Assembly: GCA_963805975.1 (NCBI GenBank)
Contig: CAWDVR010000001.1
Span: 992,001 to 1,056,000 of the forward strand
DNA from: an uncultured Acidobacteriota bacterium
GTDB lineage: Bacteria; Acidobacteriota; Thermoanaerobaculia; Multivoradales; SZUA-115
Direction: 5' to 3'
DNA length: 64,000 nucleotides
The first letter of the stretch is position 1; each line of letters begins with the position of its first letter. The position numbers and the translations under genes were made by a program. Shown here piece by piece: positions 18,738 through 64,000 of the stretch. The notes beneath the pieces were generated by a model that did no database searches, was not told the origin of the DNA, and saw only the letters and a program-made list of their open reading frames with translations.

Positions 18738-19558
18738 GCCCTCCGGTCCTGACCGACGCGTACGAGCAACCGGCTGTGGGCGACGCCTTCGAGGTGGCGC
18801 CCTACACTCCGCGCGAGGTGCGGTTCCACCTCCTCGGCGCGGTGCTCAACGGGATGGTCACGCTGGGCGGCCTGGTGTGGCTGTTCACCGCCGGGCGAGA
18901 GGCCTCGCTGGCCTGGCCCGGAATCCTCCTCGCCGTGCTCGCCGGCATCTACGCCGCCGACCTGGTCTCCGGCCTGCTGCACTGGGCGTTCGACACCTGG
19001 TTCGACGAGGAGATCGCCTTCCTGCGCCGCATGGTGCTGCAGGTCCGCGAGCACCACGTTTACCCGAACCGCATCTTCCGCATCAGCTTTCGCCACGATG
19101 CCGGCACGCTGTCGTGGATCGCGCTGATCCTGACCGGCCCTCTGGTCCTGTGGGCGATCGCGGTCGGCCCCGGCCCCAGCACGGGCATCGGGCCGGTCGC
19201 CGGCTACACCGTCCTGGCGGCGGCGGTGTTCAACGTCCTCCTGGTCACCATGCTCGAGTTCCACAAGTGCGGGCACCGCGCCCGCAACCCGCGCTGGGTG
19301 CGCCTGCTGCAGCGCAGCGGCCTCCTGCTCTCGGTGCCCCACCACATCCAACACCACTCGGGAAACCACGACTACAACTACTGCCTGATCAACGGCTGGG
19401 CGGACCGCACCCTGGGCCGGATCGGACTGTTCCGCGGCCTGGAGTGGCTGATCGCCCGTTGGAGCGGCGCGCGGCCACAGCGCAACGACCACCAATGGCT
19501 GCGCCGCTTCGGGCGCAAGGTCGTCGGGCGCAGCGCCGGCCGCCAGCGGGCGGTATGA
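18734..19558 (+). CDS. CarF/TMEM189 (PEDS1)/FAD4-family lipid desaturase
   Basis: ADLVSGLLHWAFDTW, REHH, FHKCGH, LQRSGLLLSVPHHIQHH, NYCLINGWAD match this family's His pattern; GTG start overlaps upstream TGA. Confidence 0.85.
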   Translation: MSPPVLTDAYEQPAVGDAFEVAPYTPREVRFHLLGAVLNGMVTLGGLVWLFTAGREASLAWPGILLAVLAGIYAADLVSGLLHWAFDTWFDEEIAFLRRMVLQVREHHVYPNRIFRISFRHDAGTLSWIALILTGPLVLWAIAVGPGPSTGIGPVAGYTVLAAAVFNVLLVTMLEFHKCGHRARNPRWVRLLQRSGLLLSVPHHIQHHSGNHDYNYCLINGWADRTLGRIGLFRGLEWLIARWSGARPQRNDHQWLRRFGRKVVGRSAGRQRAV

Positions 19559-19977
19559 GCCGGCTGGCGCAGGTGGTCGAGACCTGGCTCGCGGGCGAGC
19601 GCGAGCTGGCGCCGATCACCGCGTTCCTCGGCGTGCGGCCGGTGGCGCTCGGCGAGGGCGAGGCGCGGATCGAGCTGACGGTGGGGGAGCGCCTCCACAA
19701 CGCCATGGGCACGGTCCACGGCGGCATCCTCTGCGACCTCGCCGACGTGGCCATGGGCGCGGCCCTCGCCACCGTCACCGCCGACGGCGAGTCCTTCACC
19801 ACGCTCCAGCTTCAGATGAGCTACTTCCTGCCGGTGGTAGAAGGCCGCCTCGGCGCCCACGCCCGCGTGACCCGCCGCGGCCGCACCACCGCCCACCTCG
19901 AATGCGATCTCGAGGACGCCGAGGGCCGGCTGGTGGCACGGGCGACCTCGGTGTGCGCGATCCGGCAGGCGGGGTGA
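19555..19977 (+). CDS. PaaI-family hotdog-fold thioesterase
   Basis: HNAMGTVHGGILCDLADVAMG, TTLQLQMSYFLPV; ATGA overlap. Confidence 0.9.
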   Translation: MSRLAQVVETWLAGERELAPITAFLGVRPVALGEGEARIELTVGERLHNAMGTVHGGILCDLADVAMGAALATVTADGESFTTLQLQMSYFLPVVEGRLGAHARVTRRGRTTAHLECDLEDAEGRLVARATSVCAIRQAG

Positions 19978-20011
19978 CCGTAGGGCAACCGGCGCGCGCC
20001 CTGCGCACATC

Positions 20012-20971
20012 TCAGACGCCGTTTCGGCTTTGCGTCACCATCCACTCGACGATGGCGGAGAAACGCCGAGGGTCCAGCGCGTGGTCGCGCCCAACGTCGA
20101 GATGGCGCAGCCTTTCCTCTGCACCGGCGGCTCGAAACGCCGGTCTCGCGTTGGCTACCAGATCGGCCGCATCGGCAGCGTACGGGTCGCGGTCCGAGGA
20201 CACGACGAGGAGATCCCGCGGAGCCACGCAGCGCATCAAGTCGTCGAAGTCGAAACGGCTCGCGAAGCCGGGGATGACGAGCGCCATCTCGAGGGCCGTG
20301 CCCTGCGCCAGCTTGTGCCTGTACGAGCAGGCTGCTCCACTGCAGCAGGCGAAAGCGATGCGGGTGTCCAAGGCAGCGGCAAACAGTGCCACGGTGCCGC
20401 CATGGGAATGGCCGACGATGCCCACCCGCTCGGCATCGGCCAGCTCCTGAATGGCCGTCACGGCCGTGGCGACGTCGGTCAGGAGCTTCGTCATCAGGAG
20501 CTCACCACGCACCAGCCGGTGCATCGCGTGATTGTAGTACTGGAGCCAGCCGTCCGCGGTGCCGCGTGTCCTGGTGATTTGCGGGCCGAGAGAGGCGCCG
20601 TGGCCGGCTGGGCCGCGGCGGGATTCGAAACCGACGGCGTCCGGCGCGAGAACCATCACTCCCGCACGGGCCAGGGCGGGGCCAAAGGCTTGTAGAGGGT
20701 CCCCGGCCAGCCCGGCGATCTCGCTCTTGCCCAGGGTCCACTCGCTGTTGTGCTGGTGCAAGGCCACGACCGCGGCCCTCGCCCTCGCCGCCTGCGGTTG
20801 GAACAGGAACGCCTCGACGGTGTCGCCGTCCGACGTCGGGTACGAGACGGCCCGGCGCGTGAAGCCATCCTCACGAACCTCTTCGTGCACCACGGGAGCG
20901 CCTTCGCGCCGGGGCTCTTCGAGGCCGAGGAACGTCCTGATCTCCGAGCGCAGCGCGTCCACGTTGCTCAC
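20012..20971 (-). CDS. Alpha/beta hydrolase (dienelactone hydrolase-like)
   Basis: VVALHQH, GVMVLAPDAVGFESR, nucleophile elbow GHSHGG, C-terminal DHAL; likely GTG start 20971. Confidence 0.85.
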   Translation of the reverse strand: MSNVDALRSEIRTFLGLEEPRREGAPVVHEEVREDGFTRRAVSYPTSDGDTVEAFLFQPQAARARAAVVALHQHNSEWTLGKSEIAGLAGDPLQAFGPALARAGVMVLAPDAVGFESRRGPAGHGASLGPQITRTRGTADGWLQYYNHAMHRLVRGELLMTKLLTDVATAVTAIQELADAERVGIVGHSHGGTVALFAAALDTRIAFACCSGAACSYRHKLAQGTALEMALVIPGFASRFDFDDLMRCVAPRDLLVVSSDRDPYAADAADLVANARPAFRAAGAEERLRHLDVGRDHALDPRRFSAIVEWMVTQSRNGV

Positions 20972-21034
20972 CCGCCTGCCAGTGGCCCTAGAATGCCCTG
21001 GACCGGAGGGCAGGACCAACCAAGGGAGAACGCC

Positions 21035-21814
21035 ATGTCCGAAGACTACCCCCGCGGCCGCTTCGTGTGGCACGAGCTGCAGACCACCGACCCGGAGGCC
21101 GCCCAGGCCTTTTACACCGCCCTGATCGGCTGGGAGGCGAAGCCGATGGAAGGCTCGGACCCGCCCTACACCGTGTTCGGGATCGGCGAGGCGATGCTGG
21201 GGGGCCTGATGAAGCTGCCTCCTGCCGCGGCTGCCGCAGGCGCGCCGCCCCACTGGCTCGGCTCGGTCACCGTCCCGGACGTCGATGCCACCACGGCTCA
21301 GGCCACCGACCTGGGCGCGACGGTGCTGATGGCACCGATGGACGTCCCCGACATGGGCCGCTTCTCGGTGATCCGTGACCCCCAGGGCGCGGTGATCTCG
21401 ACCTGGCACGCGTTCGGCGAAGAGGGCGGCCGGGACGACGCGCCGGCCGTCGGCAGGTTCTCCTGGCACGAGCTCTATGCCACCGACCACGAGGCGGCCT
21501 TCGCCTTCTACTCCGCGCTCTTCGGCTGGAAGAAGCTCGAGGCGGTCGACATGGGCCCGATGGGCATCTACCAGCTCTTCGGCCGCACCGACGTGCCCCT
21601 GGGCGGCATGTTCGACAAGCCTGCCGACATGCCCGCGCCGCCCCACTGGCTGTACTACATCCGGGTGGCCGACCTTCAGCAGGCCGTGGAGAAGGTGGCG
21701 CCTCTCGGCGGCCAGGTGCTCATCGGTCCGATGGAGGTGCCGGGCGGTGACTGGATCGCGCAGTGCCTGGACCCCCAGGGCGCGGCTTTCGCACTGCACC
21801 AGACGGCCCAGTAG
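21035..21814 (+). CDS. VOC-family (glyoxalase/bleomycin-resistance fold) two-domain protein
   Basis: Duplicated FxWHELxTTD...AFY..LxGW and DPQGA motifs; RBS GGGAG before ATG 21035. Confidence 0.9.
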   Translation: MSEDYPRGRFVWHELQTTDPEAAQAFYTALIGWEAKPMEGSDPPYTVFGIGEAMLGGLMKLPPAAAAAGAPPHWLGSVTVPDVDATTAQATDLGATVLMAPMDVPDMGRFSVIRDPQGAVISTWHAFGEEGGRDDAPAVGRFSWHELYATDHEAAFAFYSALFGWKKLEAVDMGPMGIYQLFGRTDVPLGGMFDKPADMPAPPHWLYYIRVADLQQAVEKVAPLGGQVLIGPMEVPGGDWIAQCLDPQGAAFALHQTAQ

Positions 21815-21852
21815 GCAGCGGTGAGCCGGGGCTCCCGGCCGGGGAGGCGAGG

Positions 21853-24300
21853 ATGGCGGGTCTGAGGCGAGACCTACGGCAGGCCCTGCGCGGGCTGGCG
21901 GCAAGCCCCACTTTCACCGCGGTGGTGGTGCTCTCGCTCGCCCTGGGGATCGGCGCGGCGACCACCATCTTCACGCTGACCGACAAGGTGCTCCTGGCGC
22001 CGCTGCCGGTGGCCGAGCCCGAGAGGCTGGTGTCCGTCTTCGCCCAGAAGGAGGCGGCGGGCCCGTTCCTCCAGACCTCGTACCCCAACTACCGGGACCT
22101 GCGGGATCGCAACACGGTGTTCACGACGCTCGCCGCCTGCCAGTGGGTGAGCCTGAGCCTGAGCAGTGGCGACCGGCCGGAGCAGATCATGGGCCAGCTC
22201 GTCACCGGCAACTTCTTCGAGCTGCTGGGGGTGCCGCCGGCGAAGGGCCGGGGCTTCCTGCCGGAGGAGGACGCGACGCCAGGAAGCCACCCGGTGGTGG
22301 TGCTCTCGCACCGGCTCTGGCAGCGCCGCTTCGGCGGCGACCCGGCGCTCCTGGGAAACACGGTGGAGATCAACCGCCGGCCGTTCACGGTGGTGGGGAT
22401 CGCTCCCGAGGGGTTCAAGGGCCGGGGCCGGGTGGACCCCACGGACGCCTGGGTACCGCTGATGATGCACGGCACGGTCTTCTCCTACTCGGCCCAGGTC
22501 GAGGAGCGGGGGTGGGGCCTCTTCGCCCTCGTCGGCCGCCTGGCCCCGGGCGTCACTGTGGCCGGTGCGCAGGCAGCCTTGAGCTCCCTGGCCGGCGAGC
22601 TGGCGAAGGAGTTCCCGGAGGCCAACCAGGGCCGGAGGCTCGTGGTGCTGCCGCTCGAGGAGACCGCCATGGAACCGACGCTCGACGCCCGGCTGCGCAA
22701 GGCGGCGCAGGGCTTCGGCGCTGCCGCCCTGGTGCTGCTGGTGATCGCCTGGATCAACGCCGCCAGCCTCTTCCTGGTGCGGGGCCGGCGCCGGGCCGGC
22801 GAGGTGGCGCTGCGCCTCTCGCTGGGGGCCGGCTGGCGCCAGTTGGTGCGCCCGACCGTGGTGGAGAGCGTGCTCCTGGCCCTCGCCGCAGGAGCCGTCG
22901 CCCTGCCCCTGACCGCCCTGGGCCGGAATCTCCTGTTGCGGGTCCGGCCACCCTACCTGCCGGAGGGCTCGGTGGACTTCGGCCTCGACTGGCGAGCGGT
23001 GCTGTTCGCCGCTGCCGTGGCCCTGCTCACGGGCCTGGTCTGCGGTCTCCTTCCGGCGCTGCGCGCGGCCCGCGTGGCGCCAGCGGCGGTGCTCAAGGAG
23101 CATGCCTCGACCACGGGCGGGGGCCGTTTCACTCTCGGGCAGATGCTGGTGGTGGGCCAGGTGGCGCTCTCGCTCCTGGCCCTGATCGGCGCCGGCCTCT
23201 TCCTGCGCAGCTTCTGGAGCGCCCGCCAGGTGGACCCCGGCTTCGACGCCCACCGCCTGCTGGCCATCTCCTTCCGGCCGAGCGCCCTGGGGTTGGACGA
23301 GGCGGAGGGCCTGGAGCTCGTCCGGCGGATGACCGCGGCGGCGGCGGGTGTGGCCGGCGTCGAGTCGGCGGCGGTCTCGGGCAAGCTCCTCTTCAACCCG
23401 ATGGAGATCCGGCGTCACGCCTTCCCGGAGGAGCGGGTCCTCGAGCCCGGCGAGGAGGCGGAGCTGATCGCCATGACCCAGATCAGCCCCGGATACTTCG
23501 AGGCCGTCGGTCTGCCGTTGGTCCGCGGCCGGGGCTTCGAGGAAGGGGACGACGGGGACGCGCCCCGGGTGGCGGTGATCAGCGAGGCCCTGTCCCGGCG
23601 CTTCTGGCCCGGCGAGGAAGCGCTGGGGCGGCGCCTGCTGCTCTCCGGCGACGAGCCGCCGGTGACGGTGGTGGGAGTGGCGCGAGACGTGCGCTACGGC
23701 TCGCTCCTGACCGCGGTGGAGCCCTACTTCTATCTCCCCCTGGCCCAGGACTACAACGGCGCGCTGGCGCTCTACGTCCGCACCCGCACCCGGCCGCTCT
23801 CGCTGGCCGGCCCGATCCGCGACGCGGTGCAGGCGGCGGCGCCCGGGCTGCCGCTGCTGGCGGTCAAGACCGGTGAGGAGCTGGTGGCGGGGTCGCTCTG
23901 GGCCTCACGGCTGGGCTTCGTCGTGATGAGCTTCTTCGGTGCCCTGGCCCTGGCGCTCGCGACGCTGGGGACCTACGGCGTCACCGCGGACTGGGTGAGC
24001 CGGCGGCGGCGGGAGATCGGCATGCGGGTCGCGCTGGGGGCCGGCCGGAGGGCCGTCCTCCAACTGGTGTTGCGCCAGGCTTTGACGACCGTGGCCGCCG
24101 GGCTCGCCGTCGGCCTGCTGGCGGCTCTCGCCTCGACCCGCCTGCTCGCTTCCCAGCTCTACGCCGTGAGCCCGGTCGATCCCCTGACCTTCGGTGGGAT
24201 GGCCGCTTTTCTGGGGCTGGTGGCCCTCGCCGCCGGCTTCCTCCCCGCCCGCCGCGCCACGGCTGTGGACCCGGTCTCGGCGCTGCGTAGAGACGGCTGA
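21853..24300 (+). CDS. ADOP-type duplicated ABC permease
   Basis: DLRQALRGL, SYPNYRDLRD, VVLSHRLWQRRFGGDP, LVVGQVALSLL, REIGMRVALGA, VDPVSALRRD. Confidence 0.9.
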   Translation: MAGLRRDLRQALRGLAASPTFTAVVVLSLALGIGAATTIFTLTDKVLLAPLPVAEPERLVSVFAQKEAAGPFLQTSYPNYRDLRDRNTVFTTLAACQWVSLSLSSGDRPEQIMGQLVTGNFFELLGVPPAKGRGFLPEEDATPGSHPVVVLSHRLWQRRFGGDPALLGNTVEINRRPFTVVGIAPEGFKGRGRVDPTDAWVPLMMHGTVFSYSAQVEERGWGLFALVGRLAPGVTVAGAQAALSSLAGELAKEFPEANQGRRLVVLPLEETAMEPTLDARLRKAAQGFGAAALVLLVIAWINAASLFLVRGRRRAGEVALRLSLGAGWRQLVRPTVVESVLLALAAGAVALPLTALGRNLLLRVRPPYLPEGSVDFGLDWRAVLFAAAVALLTGLVCGLLPALRAARVAPAAVLKEHASTTGGGRFTLGQMLVVGQVALSLLALIGAGLFLRSFWSARQVDPGFDAHRLLAISFRPSALGLDEAEGLELVRRMTAAAAGVAGVESAAVSGKLLFNPMEIRRHAFPEERVLEPGEEAELIAMTQISPGYFEAVGLPLVRGRGFEEGDDGDAPRVAVISEALSRRFWPGEEALGRRLLLSGDEPPVTVVGVARDVRYGSLLTAVEPYFYLPLAQDYNGALALYVRTRTRPLSLAGPIRDAVQAAAPGLPLLAVKTGEELVAGSLWASRLGFVVMSFFGALALALATLGTYGVTADWVSRRRREIGMRVALGAGRRAVLQLVLRQALTTVAAGLAVGLLAALASTRLLASQLYAVSPVDPLTFGGMAAFLGLVALAAGFLPARRATAVDPVSALRRDG

Positions 24301-24335
24301 GACCCCACCGCGCACCGGCATCCCGGCCGGCGCCC

Positions 24336-25341
24336 TCAGCGCAGGCCCGCCGCCTCCTCCAGCACGCGGATCAGACCCTCGGTGACCCGCGCCAGGCGCA
24401 AGTAGTCCAGGCGCTCGGCCGTGTCCTTGGAACGATGGTAGGCAGGGTCCCGGAAGAGCGCGGTGTCGGTCACCAGCACGGCAGGGTAGCCCTGCTGCCA
24501 GAAGGAAGCGTGATCGGACCAGCCGATGCCGGAGACCCAGGCCGGGGCGGCCAGGCCCTCGGTGGGGAAGGCGGCCGCTTCGCGGAAGCTGGCGATGGTC
24601 CGGCGCAGCAGGCGCCGGGAGCCGAGGTTCGAGGCGAAGGCGAGAAAGTCTCCTCGCTTGGGAAAGAACGGGCGCAGCAGAGCCGGGTAGCGCTGGCTGC
24701 CGGGCTCGTCGCTGTAGAAGGCGAGCGAGTCGAGGGCGAACATGGCCTCGATCTCCTCCCCCGCGGCGCGGCTCGCGCGGGCGTAGACCTGGCTGCCCAT
24801 GACCTCGCTGCCGAAGAAGGGTGGCTCCTCGGTGGCGAAGAAGACCAGGCGCAGGGTCCGTTCGCCCTGCCGCCCGGCCAGCCGTCGGGCGATCTCCAGG
24901 ATCGCGGCACAGCTCGACGCGTTGTCGTTGGCCCCGGGGCTGTGGTGGGCGGAGTCGTAGTGCGCGCCCAGGAGGACGATGCCGCCGCGGCCGGCGGCCG
25001 GCGGCGCGCCGATGGTGGGGAGCTCCACCTCGAGGTTGCGATACGGGTGCCCGTAGGCATCGAACGGTTGGGAGCGGACGGCGTAGCCGAAACCCGCGAG
25101 CTGCGACTCCAGGTACTCGGCCGCCTGCGCGGTGGTAGCGGGCCGGTCGCGCGGGCCGATCCCTTCGGCGAGGTGGTGGACGTGGGCGCTCCAGCCCCTC
25201 GGCCAGGCGCTCCTGGAGCGGCGTCGCCGCCGGCAACGGGCCCTGGTGCCGAGGGCCCGGCATGGCGAGAGTGGCCGTGTAGAGGAAGTAGACGGCCACG
25301 GCGACCGCGAGGACGATCCCCCAAGTCATTTTCGATCTCAC
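24336..25341 (-). CDS. M28-family metallopeptidase with N-terminal membrane anchor; one apparent frameshift near 25185
   Basis: GAHYDS, PGANDNASS, FATEEPP, WSDHASFW, YH motifs. The N-terminal part (MTWGIVLAV...MPG) is in another frame; removing one base in the G run at 25184-25186 gives LERHVHHLAEGIGPR. Sequencing error or recent pseudogene. Confidence 0.85.
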
Positions 25342-25420
25342 CCTGCGATCCTTTCTGCTGGCGCGATGTTATCGGCGCTCGGCAGGCGGGCCAAGCCCCG
25401 CCTGCCGTAAGATCTCGGCC

Positions 25421-26320
25421 GTGAAACGAATCTGGAAGTGGCTGGCCGTCGGCGCGGCGCTGATCCTGGTGATCTGGGGCGGGGTCGAGGCCTGGCGGTA
25501 TTACTACACGCAGTCGGTCTTCTACCGCACCTACGACATCCGGCCGGCTTCCCTGACCCTGCCGACCGACCCGGCGGCCCTGGAGCACGGCCGCTACTTG
25601 GCTTTCGCGGTGGCGAAGTGCGCTCTCTGCCATGGCGACGACATGGCGGGCAAGGTCGTCTCGGACAACGCGCTGGGCCGCTTCACGGCCCCCAACCTCA
25701 CCCGCGGCAAGGGCGGGGTCGACGCCGAGCTGACCGTAGACGACTATGTGCGGGCCATCCGCCACGGCGTGGGCCGGGACCGCCAACCGCTGTTCTACAT
25801 GGCGGCCAAGTACTTCAACGAGCTGTCCGACGAGGACCTGGCGGCGATGATCGCCTGGATCCGCAGCCTGCCGCCCGTGGACCGCGAGCTGCCGCCCTTC
25901 GAGCTGCGCCGCGCGAGCCGCACCTACTGGCTGCAGGGCAACTTTCCGGACCTGGTCCACGCCCACCTGATCGATCACCAGGCCACGCATCCCCCCGCGC
26001 CGCCGCCGGGCGTCACGGTGGAGTACGGCCGCTACCTGACTCTCGTCGCCACCTGCCGGGCCTGCCACGGGGACGAGCTGGCCGGCCACCCCAACAAGGC
26101 CTACAGCCGGAACGCGCCGCCGCTGACGCCGGGCAGCCGGTTCAGCATCTGGACGGTGGAGCAGTTCATCCATGCCATCCGCACCGGCGAGACCCCCGGC
26201 GGCTACAAGCTCTCCCCGGAGTACATGAACCTCGAGTACACCGGCATGCTGACCGACGACGATCTCAGGGCCACGTACCTGTACCTCAAGTCGCTGCCGG
26301 CGCCGGCAGCGAGCCGCTGA
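25421..26320 (+). CDS. Membrane-anchored di-heme c-type cytochrome
   Basis: N-terminal TM; two repeats HGRYL..CALCHG..APNLT and YGRYL..CRACHG..APPLT; DEDLAAMIAWIRSLPP / DDDLRATYLYLKSLP. Confidence 0.9.
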   Translation: MKRIWKWLAVGAALILVIWGGVEAWRYYYTQSVFYRTYDIRPASLTLPTDPAALEHGRYLAFAVAKCALCHGDDMAGKVVSDNALGRFTAPNLTRGKGGVDAELTVDDYVRAIRHGVGRDRQPLFYMAAKYFNELSDEDLAAMIAWIRSLPPVDRELPPFELRRASRTYWLQGNFPDLVHAHLIDHQATHPPAPPPGVTVEYGRYLTLVATCRACHGDELAGHPNKAYSRNAPPLTPGSRFSIWTVEQFIHAIRTGETPGGYKLSPEYMNLEYTGMLTDDDLRATYLYLKSLPAPAASR

Positions 26321-26333
26321 CGGGGCCGCGCCC

Positions 26334-64000
<37,667 letters not shown>

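Noticed and set aside
19978-20011. Intrinsic terminator between convergent thioesterase and hydrolase genes
   Set aside because: Only a weak GTAGGGC/GCCCTGC stem and no U tract; not supportable in GC-rich DNA.
14700-21000. Integrative element or prophage at tRNA-Lys
   Set aside because: No integrase, phage gene or duplicated tRNA 3' end found by eye in the window.

Overview
Very GC-rich bacterial DNA. Two ADOP-type duplicated permeases, a large sulfatase-fold lipoprotein and the NRPS style point to Acidobacteriota (inference). It is probably a long-read assembly with a few indel errors. Four blocks: (1) 1-14.6 kb, a leftward envelope/periplasmic cluster: sulfatase-fold lipoprotein, ADOP permease, secreted SRPBCC protein, MMPL/RND transporter, LolA-like protein, two tandem paralogous di-heme DHOR-type enzymes with Ca-binding loops, and a secreted protein of unknown function cut by the window edge. 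A sensor-less sigma54 activator sits divergently. Two candidate sigma54 promoters, each with paired upstream operator-like sites, are visible in the DNA. (2) tRNA-Lys(TTT) followed by an orphan ORF and a lipid-modification set: two desaturases, a CFA-synthase-like methyltransferase, a CarF/TMEM189-type desaturase and a PaaI thioesterase. (3) 20-26.3 kb, accessory genes: hydrolase, VOC protein, ADOP permease, M28 peptidase, di-heme cytochrome c. (4) 26.3 kb to beyond the window end, a FAAL-ACP-initiated lipopeptide NRPS with at least 11 modules and six apparent frameshifts. It has no E domain, an N-methylated Gly module, an A domain with the conserved Asp replaced by Cys, a probable Ser-dehydrating C domain, and a 23-bp palindrome inserted in frame. 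The best candidate for an undescribed system is block 1. All family assignments are from motif recognition by eye; no searches were run.
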